Of a DNA stretch of 60,035 bases, positions 9,863 to 19,291 are shown one piece after another. The translations under genes were made by a program, and so were the position numbers. Origin of the DNA: Rhodoferax sp. (lineage in GTDB: Bacteria; Pseudomonadota; Gammaproteobacteria; Burkholderiales; Burkholderiaceae_C). Where the stretch lies: the NCBI GenBank assembly GCA_036170715.1, contig JAVHPS010000466.1:1-60035 (forward strand). The letters are read 5' to 3'. Position 1 is the first letter of the stretch, and each line of letters starts with the position of its first letter. The notes under the pieces are model-generated. The model did no database searches, had not been told where the DNA came from, and was given only the letters and a program-made list of their open reading frames with translations.

Positions 9863-10753
9863 TCAGAATGGCTCCACCGTGACACCCACCTGGAGTGTGT
9901 GGCTGGCACCGCCGTGGATTACACCGCGCAGCGGCGACACGTCAGAAAAATCCCGCCCCAGCGCCAGCGTCACGTAATCTTCGCCCGGGCTTGGCCAACC
10001 GGCGCGGTCATTGGTGGGGTCCAGGTCGACCCAGCGCTGCCCCTCGGGCAAGTCGCTCACATAGACGGAAGCCCAGGCGTGCGACGCATCGCTGCCACGC
10101 AATTTGACCGTGCCGGGTGCGGGCAGGGTGAGCAAATAGCCGCTGACATAGCGTGCCGCCACCCCCAGTGAGCGCAGGCAGGCAATCAGGATGTGGGCAA
10201 AGTCTTGGCACACGCCTTTGCGCTGGGCCAGCGCTTGCAGCGCGGGGGTGTTGACCTCGGTGCTTTGGCTCTCGTAGGTGAAATCGGTGAACATGCGGTG
10301 CATCAAATCGACGGCGCATGTCAGCAAACTACCCCCAGGCGCAAAACTGGGGCGGGCGTAGTCTGCAAATTCGTTGTGTCGTGGCACCATGGGTGAGGCA
10401 AAAACAAATTCACTGGCGGGCTCAAAAGCTTGCCCTGCCTGGTAGCGCAGGCGTTCGCGCGCTTGCTCCCAAGTGATGTGACTCATGGGCCGGGTACTGC
10501 ACGCGGTGTTGACGGTGCTGCGGCTCACGACCTGCAGTTGGCGGTGCGGGGTTTGCAATGCCACATAGTGACGGGTGTTGCCATATACGTCGATGCTTTC
10601 ATGCAGCACACTGGGTTCGGGCAATACATTGAGCACATGGCTGAGCAACTGCTGCGCGCTGGTGTTGACGGGTTTGAGGTACGCCACGTGCTGGGCGGTT
10701 TCAACCACCGGTTGGTAGTCGTACCGGGTCTCGTGGGTGATGTGCAATTTCAT
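9863..10753 (-). CDS. Transglutaminase-like protein (bacterial N-terminal domain plus core)
   Basis: HITHETRYDY start; catalytic GVCQDFAH, SHAW and DLDPTN; overlaps the stop of the upstream ATP-grasp gene. Confidence 0.92.
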   Translation of the reverse strand: MKLHITHETRYDYQPVVETAQHVAYLKPVNTSAQQLLSHVLNVLPEPSVLHESIDVYGNTRHYVALQTPHRQLQVVSRSTVNTACSTRPMSHITWEQARERLRYQAGQAFEPASEFVFASPMVPRHNEFADYARPSFAPGGSLLTCAVDLMHRMFTDFTYESQSTEVNTPALQALAQRKGVCQDFAHILIACLRSLGVAARYVSGYLLTLPAPGTVKLRGSDASHAWASVYVSDLPEGQRWVDLDPTNDRAGWPSPGEDYVTLALGRDFSDVSPLRGVIHGGASHTLQVGVTVEPF

Positions 10754-13410
10754 GTCGCCCCCAGGCTGCGGTTGAGCACGCCGCTGTGGGTGAAGTAAGT
10801 GGTGCTGATGTCCTGCGACACCGCAAAAGCGGCATCCATGCACTGCGTCAGCAGGGTGTTGAGCAGCTGATAGCGCGGGGGGGGCGCGGGCTCGCAGGTA
10901 GGCGTGGCCAGATCAGCCTGCAAGTCGCACAACTGTGCCAAGCCCCAGGCGTTGGGGTTGGGCACTTGGAGCGCCAGGTCGCTCAGCTGGTGGGCTTCGC
11001 AGCCGGCCAGTTTGGCCAAGCGGCCACGCAGGGTATGCGCCACCCAGGCCACGGAGCGCGGGTTGTCGCGGTCCAGCACCAGCAGGTCAACCAGCGCCGC
11101 CATGTCATGACTTTGCTGAAACTGGGCGTGAAAGCTCAGGGCGCTGTCAAACAGTTCCAGCATGGCATCAAAGCCACTGTCGCTGGCCAGGCTGGCGCAG
11201 ACCAGGGCGCGCTTGAAGGCAGCGCAGAGAAAACTCAGGCGTTCAATGTGCCGCCCAATGCTGAGCAGTCGCCAGCCGTCGTCACGCGTCATGCGGTCGG
11301 TTTGTGCACCGGTGATAGCGGCCATGTGGTCGCTGGTGTCTTTGATGATTTGCAGCGCCTGCAGGGCTGAAAAATCAGACCGCAGCCGTGCCGCTGCACA
11401 CCGCTCAAACAGCTCTTCTTCAGCCCGGGTGATGATGCGCCAGTGTTCTGGCGACAAACGTTCACGCACACTGGACGCGGCCAGTTTCAAGGCCCGCAGG
11501 CAGTAGCCGACGCTGGTGGCCCCGGTGTCGCTGCCCAGGCTGTCAATCAGGGCCCGTTCAAACACGCGTGCGGCTTGCGCTGGGGTTGGCACGCCGGGCA
11601 GGATCAGGGTGTTGGCCAGCGCCATTTGTCCCAGCCAGGTCAGCAGCGGGGCACTGCAGCTTTCTTCGCCGTGCAGGCATTCCAGCGTCAGGCGTGCCAG
11701 GCGCAGGGCGTTTTCGGTGCGCTCGGTGTAGCGCCCTAACCAAAACAGGTTTTCAGCGGCACGGCTGGTCACCATGCGCTTGCGCTGCAGCAGGCTTTCA
11801 GGGGTCAGGTGCGGGGCCAGCAAGGTGGTGGGGTCCACCGCGCCCTGTGTCAGGGCCCAGACATCGGCACTGCTGCCGCCACGCTGCATGGTGGTGATCT
11901 CTTGCCCCCGGCTGGCCACCCGTGCCAGTCCGCCTGGCAACACGCGCCAACCTTGCGCGCCGTCTGAAACCGCAAATACCCGCAGCATGACCGAGCGCAT
12001 CAACAAGGGCTGCTCTGCGCTTGCCTCGGCGGGGTTGGGTGCAGCACTGACCCAGGTCGGCATTTGGGACAGTGGGGCATAGGCCTGCACCGTGTGTGCT
12101 TCGGGCTGGCGCATGATGCGCCCGGCCCATTCGTCCAGCGTGCGTTGGTCTTGTTCGATGCCCAGTACTGCGTCAAAGTGGCTGTGGCTGGGTGTTCCAG
12201 GGTAAGTGGGCTTGATGACACCCGCATTCAGATGCTGCAAGGCTTCCTGCATGGCCCCACGTTCACCGCACCACCAGGTGGGCAGTGCCGGCAAGCGCAG
12301 TTCTTCGTCAAGCAGATGGCGCGAGAGCGCGGGCAAAAAGCCCAGCAGCGCAGGTGATTCCAAAAACGCCGTGCCGGGCGCGTTGGCTACCAGCACGTTA
12401 CCGGCCCGAATGGCTTGCAGCAGCCCGGGTACGCCCAAGGTGGAATCGGCACGCAGCTCCAGCGGGTCCAGGTAGGCATCGTCCACCCGTTTGAGCAAAC
12501 CATGCACCGGTACCAGGCCTTTGAGAGTTTTCAAAAACAGGTGTTCGTCGCGCACCAGCAGGTCGCCGCCTTCTACCAGTGTCAGACCCAGATAGCGCGC
12601 CAGGTAGGCGTGTTCAAAGTAGGTTTCGTTGTAGGGGCCGGGGGTCAGCAAGGCCAGGTGCGCGTCTTGTTGCAGGGGGCTCATGCTGCGCAGGCTGTCC
12701 ATCAGAGCGCGGTAGGTGAGCGCCAGTCGCTGCACCCGCAGGCTCTGGAAGGCGTGCGGAAATTGGGCCGAAATCGCCAGCCGGTTTTCCAGCAAATAGC
12801 CCAGTCCTGAAGGGGCTTGGCAGCGTTGGGCTTGCACCCTCCAGTGGCCGTCTGGCCCACGCGCCAGATCAAAGGCGGCAATGTGCAGATAGCGCCCACC
12901 CACCGGACGGATGCCCTGCATGGCGCGCAGGTAGCCGGGATGGCCATGCACCAGCGCAGGCGGTAAAAAACCGCTGTGCAGCAGGGTTTGCGGGCCATAC
13001 ACATCGGCCAGTACCTGCTCCAGCAGGCGCACGCGCTGCAGCACACCGGCTTCAATGTGCTGCCAGGTTGAGGCATCGAGCAACAGCGGGAACAAATCCA
13101 GCGACCAGGGACGTTGCGGGCCGTTCTCGTCGGCGTAGACGTTGTAGGTGATGCCGTTGTCGCGTACCTGGCGCGCCAGACTGGCCGCACGCAGCCTCAT
13201 GTCGGCGCTGCTATCACCCGATATTTGTTCAAAAAAATCGCTCCATGCCCTTGTTAAGGTTGGCTTATTTGCTATTGAATTTGATGTTGTGCCGGTTAGC
13301 TCATCAAAGTGGCCAATGCCGGCCTGGCTGGCCCCCAGCAGCGTCCAGAGCGTGGGTTCAGGTGCTGGGTTGGTCTGGCTTTGGAATCCGTTGGCTTGAG
13401 ACTGGTTCAT
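10750..13410 (-). CDS. Circularly permuted type 2 ATP-grasp protein fused to an alpha-E domain
   Basis: GITYNVY, PSGLGYLLENR, LTPGPYNETYFEHAYLARYLG and VLPGGLARV, then SRAAENLFWLGRYTERTEN and GRHIER (alpha-E ER motifs). Start uncertain. Confidence 0.9.
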   Translation of the reverse strand: MNQSQANGFQSQTNPAPEPTLWTLLGASQAGIGHFDELTGTTSNSIANKPTLTRAWSDFFEQISGDSSADMRLRAASLARQVRDNGITYNVYADENGPQRPWSLDLFPLLLDASTWQHIEAGVLQRVRLLEQVLADVYGPQTLLHSGFLPPALVHGHPGYLRAMQGIRPVGGRYLHIAAFDLARGPDGHWRVQAQRCQAPSGLGYLLENRLAISAQFPHAFQSLRVQRLALTYRALMDSLRSMSPLQQDAHLALLTPGPYNETYFEHAYLARYLGLTLVEGGDLLVRDEHLFLKTLKGLVPVHGLLKRVDDAYLDPLELRADSTLGVPGLLQAIRAGNVLVANAPGTAFLESPALLGFLPALSRHLLDEELRLPALPTWWCGERGAMQEALQHLNAGVIKPTYPGTPSHSHFDAVLGIEQDQRTLDEWAGRIMRQPEAHTVQAYAPLSQMPTWVSAAPNPAEASAEQPLLMRSVMLRVFAVSDGAQGWRVLPGGLARVASRGQEITTMQRGGSSADVWALTQGAVDPTTLLAPHLTPESLLQRKRMVTSRAAENLFWLGRYTERTENALRLARLTLECLHGEESCSAPLLTWLGQMALANTLILPGVPTPAQAARVFERALIDSLGSDTGATSVGYCLRALKLAASSVRERLSPEHWRIITRAEEELFERCAAARLRSDFSALQALQIIKDTSDHMAAITGAQTDRMTRDDGWRLLSIGRHIERLSFLCAAFKRALVCASLASDSGFDAMLELFDSALSFHAQFQQSHDMAALVDLLVLDRDNPRSVAWVAHTLRGRLAKLAGCEAHQLSDLALQVPNPNAWGLAQLCDLQADLATPTCEPAPPPRYQLLNTLLTQCMDAAFAVSQDISTTYFTHSGVLNRSLGAT
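13233..13287 (-). repeat. Fixed-geometry dispersed element, copy 3 (in frame in the ATP-grasp gene; GGGCAT variant)
   Basis: Minus strand: ACATCAAATTCAATAGC-20 nt-GGGCAT-GGAGCGATTTTT. Confidence 0.72.
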
Positions 13411-13480
13411 TGACGCGAGTATGCCAGCGATGGGTGGGGATGGTTGACAATTGCAGCTTGTTTCAACAGCCATGCTTCAC

Positions 13481-14164
13481 ATGAACGACATCCCCAACGC
13501 AGCACCCGACGCAGTGACAGAGACTGCCCCACACAGCACCAAAGCCAAGGGCAAAAACCGTTTTGCGGCGGCACAACCGGTGCTTGAAAAATTGTTTGAG
13601 CTTTACCCCCAGTTGTTTGGTGCGCAGTTTGTACCACTCAAACTTGGCATTTTTCAGGAGCTGATGGCCGCGCACCCGCAAGTGTTCAAGCGCGATGATC
13701 TTAAAACTGCCCTGGGTGTGCACACCCGCTCCACCCGTTATTTACAGTGTGTGGCCGCTGGCCTGAAGCGGCATGACTTGGCCGGCGAACCGGTTGAAGA
13801 AGTAGCTCCAGAACACGTTTTTTTGTCGATCGTGGAGTTGTTTGTGCGCCGCCAGGCGCGCACCGAAGAAGACTTGCGCCCCAAACTGCGCAACCAGTTG
13901 CACGCCGCCTATGAAAAATCGGGTCTGTCACGGCAAGATTACCTGGCACGCATTGGCGTACCGGCCGCGGTGGTGCAGGAGGTGCTGGACGAGGTGCTGG
14001 AAGACGTTGACTTGCAGCGCGCACGCCGGGCGGCGCTGGTGCAGTCGTTTCAAGCCAGTGGCAAAAGCCCAGAGGAATTTGCTGACATGCTGGGCATGGA
14101 GGTGAGCAACATCAAGGCTGCGTTGCGCACCGTGCAGGCTACACCCGCCGCAAATCCAGCGTGA
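13481..14164 (+). CDS. ProQ/FinO family RNA-binding protein
   Basis: YPQLF, PLKLGIFQEL, LKTALGVHTRSTRYL and RHDLAG match the ProQ/FinO core. Confidence 0.85.
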   Translation: MNDIPNAAPDAVTETAPHSTKAKGKNRFAAAQPVLEKLFELYPQLFGAQFVPLKLGIFQELMAAHPQVFKRDDLKTALGVHTRSTRYLQCVAAGLKRHDLAGEPVEEVAPEHVFLSIVELFVRRQARTEEDLRPKLRNQLHAAYEKSGLSRQDYLARIGVPAAVVQEVLDEVLEDVDLQRARRAALVQSFQASGKSPEEFADMLGMEVSNIKAALRTVQATPAANPA

Positions 14165-17100
14165 ACGGAAACTCGCGGCTGCCCGGCAGGTTGATGGTAG
14201 CCGGCGGTATGTGCATGACACCTGGGGTATGACCCATCGCCACAAAGCGTGACAGGCGGCGGCTTTCGGCCTCAAAGGCGTTGACCGGCAGGGTCTCGTA
14301 GCTCAAGCCGCCCGGGTGTGACACGTGGTACTGGCAGCCACCCAAAGAGCGCTTCATCCAGGTGTCGACCATGTCAAAGGTCAGCGGTGCGTGCACACCA
14401 ATGCTGGGGTGCAAGCTGCTGGGTGGGTTCCAGGCCTTGTAGCGCACACCAGCCACGTACTCGCCGACCACACCCGTGGGGTGCAAAGGCAGAGCATGGC
14501 CGTTGCAGGTGAGCACGTAGCGGCTGGGGTTCAGGCCAGTGACGCGCACTTCCATGCGTTCAAGGGATGAATCCACATACCGGGCGGTACCGCCGGCGGT
14601 GTTTTCTTCACCCATCACATGCCAGGGCTCCAGTGCATTGCGCAGGGTAAGCTCAATCCCGGCAGCGCAAACTGAGCCCACCAAGGGGAAGCGGAACTCA
14701 ATGTGCGGGGCAAACCAACTGTCATCAAAGGCATAGCCCGCAGTGCGCATCTCACGCATCACATCCTTGAAATCAGCCTCAATGAAGGCCGGCAGCATGA
14801 AGCGGTCGTGCAGCTCGGTGCCCCAGCGCGTGGCCGGCGCACGGTAAGGCGTGCGCCAGAAACGGGCAATCAGCGCACGCAGCAACAACTGCTGCACACT
14901 GCTCATGTGGGGGTGCGGAGGCATCTCGAAGGCGCGCAACTCCAACAGTCCCAAGCGACCGGTGACGGAGTCGGGTGAGTACATTTTGTCGATGGAAATC
15001 TCACTGCGATGCGTGTTGCCGGTGGCATCAATCAGAATGTTGCGCAGGGTTCTATCGACCAGCCACGGCGGCATGTCCTGTTCATAGCGCTGGCGGTTTT
15101 TGTAGATTTGTTCAAGGGCAATTTCCAACTCGTAGAGCTGGTCGTTGCGCGCCTCGTCCACCCGTGGTGCTTGACTGGTCGGGCCGACAAACATGCCGCT
15201 GAACAGGTAGCTTAGCGACGGATGGTTGTGCCAGTACAGCAACAAGCTGGCCAACAGCTCGGGCTGGCGCAAAAACGGGCTGTCTGCAGGCGTGGCCCCG
15301 CCCATCACAAAATGGTTGCCACCACCCGTGCCGGTGTGGCGGCCATCGGTCATGAACTTCTCTGCACTCAGGCGCGACTCAAAGGCGGCGTTGTACAAAA
15401 ACTCGGTGTTGGTCACCAGTTCTTTCCATGTGGTGACGGGGTGGATATTGACTTCAATCACACCGGGGTCAGGCGTGACACTGAGCAGTTTCAGGCGCGG
15501 GTCACGCGGCGGCGGGTAGCCTTCCAGCACCAGCTGCATGCCCAGCTCTTGCGCCGTGGCCTCAATGGCAGTGAGCAAATCCAGGTAATGCTCGAGCTGT
15601 TCAAGCGGCGGCATGAACACGTAAAGCACGCCTGATTTTTCACCCACCGCCTCTACTTTGGGGCCGCTGGCGCGGCGCGGGTCGCGCACTTCTACACACA
15701 GAGCGGTACGGGTAACCCAGTGGGCAGATTCGTTTGGGGCCGGCGCGCGTGCAAAGTCAGTGGGTTCTGATTGACGGATGCTTTGGGCGTGCACAGCCGT
15801 TGTTGCGGCAGCCCCCGTTGCTGATTGCATTTTGCGCGTGGCCTGCGGTGTGCGGCCGGCATGTGCAAGGTGCTTGGTCGGCACAAATTGATAGGGAGCG
15901 GTTGCTGCGGCGGCTGTTGCCCGCGCCGCCGCAAGGAGCGCCAAACCCACTGTGCCTGGGGCGTATTTGGCAGCGACGGTGTCATGGGCGAGCAGGGCAG
16001 CGCGCAGCACCGACGGGTCTTGCTCGATCAGGTACGGAAAATCGGCCTCACTGACCCAGGGCAACGAATCCAGTGGCAAACGCAAGCCCATGGGCGAGTC
16101 GCCCGGCATCAGGTACATGCGCTCGTCACGCAAAAACCACGGGCCGGTGGTCCAGGCTGCGCCATACAGGTTGTCGTACCCGGCAACCTTGATGGGCAAC
16201 ACATAGCCCACCGGCGTATCGAGTTTTTGCTCGAAGACACGACGCAGCCGGGCGCGTTCCATTGCATCGTCCAGTCTGGAATTGAACGGGTCGACATTGA
16301 CGGGCAGGCGGCGCTCACGCCACAGGTAATACCAGGTGTCTTCATATGCGGTTTGCACATACTTGGCCGTTACCCCCAGTTTGGCGGCCAGCAGCTGGGT
16401 AAAGCGGCTGGCATCTTGGTGGGTGTAGTGCGTGGGGTGACGCTCGTCGGTGAACAGCGTGGGATTCGTCCACACCGGTTGACCATCGGCGCGCCAATAG
16501 ATGTTGAGTGCCCAGCGCGGCAATTGCTCGCCGGGATACCACTTGCCCTGGCCAAAGTGCAAAAAGCCACCTTGGCCATATTCTTGGCGCAATGTGTGCA
16601 CCAATTTGGTGGCAAAACCGCGTTTGGTGGGGCCTAGAGCATCGGTGTTCCATTCTGGTGCATCGCGGTCGCTGTCAGCTACAAAAGTGGGCTCACCACC
16701 CATGGTCAGGCGCACGTCACCGGCAAGCAACTCGGTGTCAACCGCCTCGCCCAGCGCCATGATGTCGGCCCATTGGTCTTCGGTGTAGGGCTTGGTCACA
16801 CGGGGTGACTCGTACATGCGTGTCACCTGCATATGGTGGGCAAAGCTCACCTCGCATTTGTCAGAGCGGCCTTCAATGGGCGCAGCACCTGAGGGCTGGG
16901 GCGTGCAGGCCAGCGGAATATGCCCCTCGCCCGCCAGCAGGCCAGAAGTGGCATCCAGCCCGACCCAGCCTGCGCCGGGCAAATAGACCTCGCACCAAGC
17001 GTGCAGATCAGTAAAGTCCACTTCGGTGCCACTCGGGCCGTCAAGTGATTTCACGTCTGGTTTTAATTGAATCAAGTACCCCGACACAAAGCGCGCTGCC

Positions 17101-17687
17101 AGGCCGCAATGGCGCAGCAGGTTCACCATCAGCCACGCTGAATCACGGCAAGAGCCAGAGCCCAGCTTCAGTGTTTCTTCAGGCGTTTGCACGCCAGGCT
17201 CCATGCGGATGGTGTAGTTGATGGCTTCATGCACCGACTGGTTCAGGTCCACCAAAAAGATCACGCTGCGGCGTTTGCTGCGATCAATTTTGTCCAGGTA
17301 AGCCTGTACCAGCGGCGTGACAGGCTCAGGTATCAGGTAGGGGGCCAGCTCTTGCTTCAGGGCAGCCTCGTAGCTGAAGGGAAATTCTTCCGCAGCAGGC
17401 TCCAGAAAAAAGTCAAACGGGTTGTAGACCGCCATCTCCATGACCACATCGACGGTCACCTTGAATTCGCGCGTTTTCTCGGGAAACACCAGCCTTGCCT
17501 GGTAATTGGCAAACGGGTCTTGCTGCCAGTTGATGAAATGCACCGGCGGCTCGATCTTGAGCGAATACGAGATGATTTTGCTGCGGCAATGCGGGGCCGG
17601 GCGCAGGCGCACCACTTGCGGCCCCAGAGCGACCAGGCGGTCATAGCTGTAATGCGTGATGTGGTTCAGTGCGGCGTGGATGGACAT
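14139..17687 (-). CDS. Large transglutaminase family protein with DUF2126 (putative amidoligase) domain
   Basis: GSCRDSAWL, DLHAWCEVYLPGAGWVGLD, LTMGGEPTFV, TPDPGVIEVN, GTGGGNH and ELRAFEMPPH. Confidence 0.9.
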   Translation of the reverse strand: MSIHAALNHITHYSYDRLVALGPQVVRLRPAPHCRSKIISYSLKIEPPVHFINWQQDPFANYQARLVFPEKTREFKVTVDVVMEMAVYNPFDFFLEPAAEEFPFSYEAALKQELAPYLIPEPVTPLVQAYLDKIDRSKRRSVIFLVDLNQSVHEAINYTIRMEPGVQTPEETLKLGSGSCRDSAWLMVNLLRHCGLAARFVSGYLIQLKPDVKSLDGPSGTEVDFTDLHAWCEVYLPGAGWVGLDATSGLLAGEGHIPLACTPQPSGAAPIEGRSDKCEVSFAHHMQVTRMYESPRVTKPYTEDQWADIMALGEAVDTELLAGDVRLTMGGEPTFVADSDRDAPEWNTDALGPTKRGFATKLVHTLRQEYGQGGFLHFGQGKWYPGEQLPRWALNIYWRADGQPVWTNPTLFTDERHPTHYTHQDASRFTQLLAAKLGVTAKYVQTAYEDTWYYLWRERRLPVNVDPFNSRLDDAMERARLRRVFEQKLDTPVGYVLPIKVAGYDNLYGAAWTTGPWFLRDERMYLMPGDSPMGLRLPLDSLPWVSEADFPYLIEQDPSVLRAALLAHDTVAAKYAPGTVGLALLAAARATAAAATAPYQFVPTKHLAHAGRTPQATRKMQSATGAAATTAVHAQSIRQSEPTDFARAPAPNESAHWVTRTALCVEVRDPRRASGPKVEAVGEKSGVLYVFMPPLEQLEHYLDLLTAIEATAQELGMQLVLEGYPPPRDPRLKLLSVTPDPGVIEVNIHPVTTWKELVTNTEFLYNAAFESRLSAEKFMTDGRHTGTGGGNHFVMGGATPADSPFLRQPELLASLLLYWHNHPSLSYLFSGMFVGPTSQAPRVDEARNDQLYELEIALEQIYKNRQRYEQDMPPWLVDRTLRNILIDATGNTHRSEISIDKMYSPDSVTGRLGLLELRAFEMPPHPHMSSVQQLLLRALIARFWRTPYRAPATRWGTELHDRFMLPAFIEADFKDVMREMRTAGYAFDDSWFAPHIEFRFPLVGSVCAAGIELTLRNALEPWHVMGEENTAGGTARYVDSSLERMEVRVTGLNPSRYVLTCNGHALPLHPTGVVGEYVAGVRYKAWNPPSSLHPSIGVHAPLTFDMVDTWMKRSLGGCQYHVSHPGGLSYETLPVNAFEAESRRLSRFVAMGHTPGVMHIPPATINLPGSREFPFTLDLRRV

Positions 17688-17819
17688 GTGCGGTGTCTCA
17701 AAAAAATGGGTTCGTCAAAGCGTGGGTTGCTTGCTGCAAAGCAATGTTGATGCCATGATAAGAGCCAGGGTGATCGTGGTTAGTATTGGAACTTGCATTC
17801 ATACCCGTACTGCTTCACC

Positions 17820-18773
17820 ATGCCCCACCGTAACCCCCGCGCTTTACTGACCCCCGCCATGCACGGTGTGCTGGAGCGCATGGCACGTGCCGGGCAAGTG
17901 CCGTTGCACGCCCTGACACCGCAACAGGCGCGCGCCGCTTATGAGGTCAACGCCGGCGTGCTGGACGTGCCACCGGTGGCCTTGCAGCGGGTGGAAAGCT
18001 TCACCGTGCCCGCGCGTGACGGCTTTGAGGTGCCAGTGCGCTTGTATGCGCCTTCAACGCAGACATTGCCGGTGCTGGTGTACCTGCATGGCGGGGGCTT
18101 CACCATTGGGTCAATCGCCACGCACGACGTGTTGTGCCGCACGCTCAGTCACCTGGCGCAGTGCGCGGTGTTGTCGGTGGGCTACCGGCTGGCACCCGAA
18201 CACCGTTTCCCGACCGCGTTTGAAGATGCCTGGGATGCCGTGCACTGGGTGCTGATGCACGGTGCAGCCCACCAACTTGACAGCACCCGCGTGGCCGTTG
18301 GCGGTGACAGTGCCGGGGGCACGCTGGCCGCCGCCTGTGCCTTGCAGGCGCGTGCGCTGGGCCTGAATTTGAAGCTGCAACTGCTGTTTTACCCCGGCAC
18401 CACCGCCCATGCCGACACCCTGTCGCACCAAACTTTTGGCCATGGTTTTGTGCTGGAGGCGGCACACATTGATTACTTTTTTGATTTCTACATTCCCAAC
18501 CGGCCAGACCGTGAAGATTGGCGTTTTGCCCCGTTGCTGGCCGCTGACGTGGAGGGCGTGACACCGGCCTGGTTCGGTCTGGCCGAATGCGATCCGCTGG
18601 TCGATGAGGGGTTGTTGTACGCCGACAAACTGCGCGCTGCCGGGGTGGTGGTTGACCTTGAAATCTACCGCGGTGTCACCCACGAGTTCATCAAAATGGG
18701 CCGGGCTGTGCCTGAGGCGCGCCGCGCCCATCTGGATGCCGCACGCGCCTTGCGCCTGGCGTTTGCGGTTTGA
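17820..18773 (+). CDS. Alpha/beta hydrolase (HSL-family esterase/lipase)
   Basis: HGGGF, YRLAPEHRFP, GDSAGG nucleophile, DPL and HEF. Confidence 0.92.
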   Translation: MPHRNPRALLTPAMHGVLERMARAGQVPLHALTPQQARAAYEVNAGVLDVPPVALQRVESFTVPARDGFEVPVRLYAPSTQTLPVLVYLHGGGFTIGSIATHDVLCRTLSHLAQCAVLSVGYRLAPEHRFPTAFEDAWDAVHWVLMHGAAHQLDSTRVAVGGDSAGGTLAAACALQARALGLNLKLQLLFYPGTTAHADTLSHQTFGHGFVLEAAHIDYFFDFYIPNRPDREDWRFAPLLAADVEGVTPAWFGLAECDPLVDEGLLYADKLRAAGVVVDLEIYRGVTHEFIKMGRAVPEARRAHLDAARALRLAFAV

Positions 18774-18814
18774 GTTGAACCTCTAAGGTTTCCAGGGTTT
18801 TTTCTGTGGGTATT

Positions 18815-18832
18815 AGGGTAAACCCTTATAAT
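18815..18832 (+). promoter_or_regulatory. Palindrome AGGGTAAACCCT abutting a perfect -10 box (TATAAT)
   Basis: AGGGT-AA-ACCCT at 18815-18826, TATAAT at 18827-18832, about 30 bp before ATG 18863. Confidence 0.55.
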
Positions 18833-18862
18833 CGAAGCCTATCCACACGAAAGGGACGCACC

Positions 18863-19042
18863 ATGTCCACCCTGATAAAGCTCATCCAAGCTTTCCTGCC
18901 CGGTTTTCAAACTCAAAAACAGTTGGACGAAGCCTATTTGGCTGCATCGGCCGATGTGTACGACCTGGAGCGACGCATGCGCGAGATTGACTCTGCCCGC
19001 GGCCATGCGCAAAACTTGGTTTTTGGCAACATGATGCGTTGA
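18863..19042 (+). CDS. Small protein, DUF3563-like
   Basis: EAYLAASADVYDLERRMREID resembles this Burkholderiales small-protein family; SD-like AAGGGA upstream. Confidence 0.7.
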   Translation: MSTLIKLIQAFLPGFQTQKQLDEAYLAASADVYDLERRMREIDSARGHAQNLVFGNMMR

Positions 19043-19050
19043 GGGCCACC

Positions 19051-19269
19051 ATGACCACCCCCAACCCGGAATTGACCCAGGTCGTTGACAGCTTCAAACG
19101 CTCTGCCGCACTGGCACAGGCCCTGCCTTTTGACATGGCACGTGAGCAATACGCCAAGGCAGTTCAAGCCGGGTTGCTGCGCCGCTCCATGCTGGACTGG
19201 GCCAAGTTTGAGCAACAAATTCACCTGCTCGAGCAAATCGCACTCGGCCCACTGGCGCGCCGGGTATAA
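19051..19269 (+). CDS. Hypothetical small protein (72 aa)
   Basis: Starts 8 bp after the previous stop with GAGGG SD, has host-like codon usage and fills the gap to ygfZ. Confidence 0.6.
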   Translation: MTTPNPELTQVVDSFKRSAALAQALPFDMAREQYAKAVQAGLLRRSMLDWAKFEQQIHLLEQIALGPLARRV

Positions 19270-19291
19270 AGCCACCGACGGGGTTTGCGCC

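Noticed and set aside
15740-15960. Ala-rich segment in the DUF2126 protein as an intein or inserted element
   Set aside because: No intein termini and no match to the 55-bp element; likely a variable linker.
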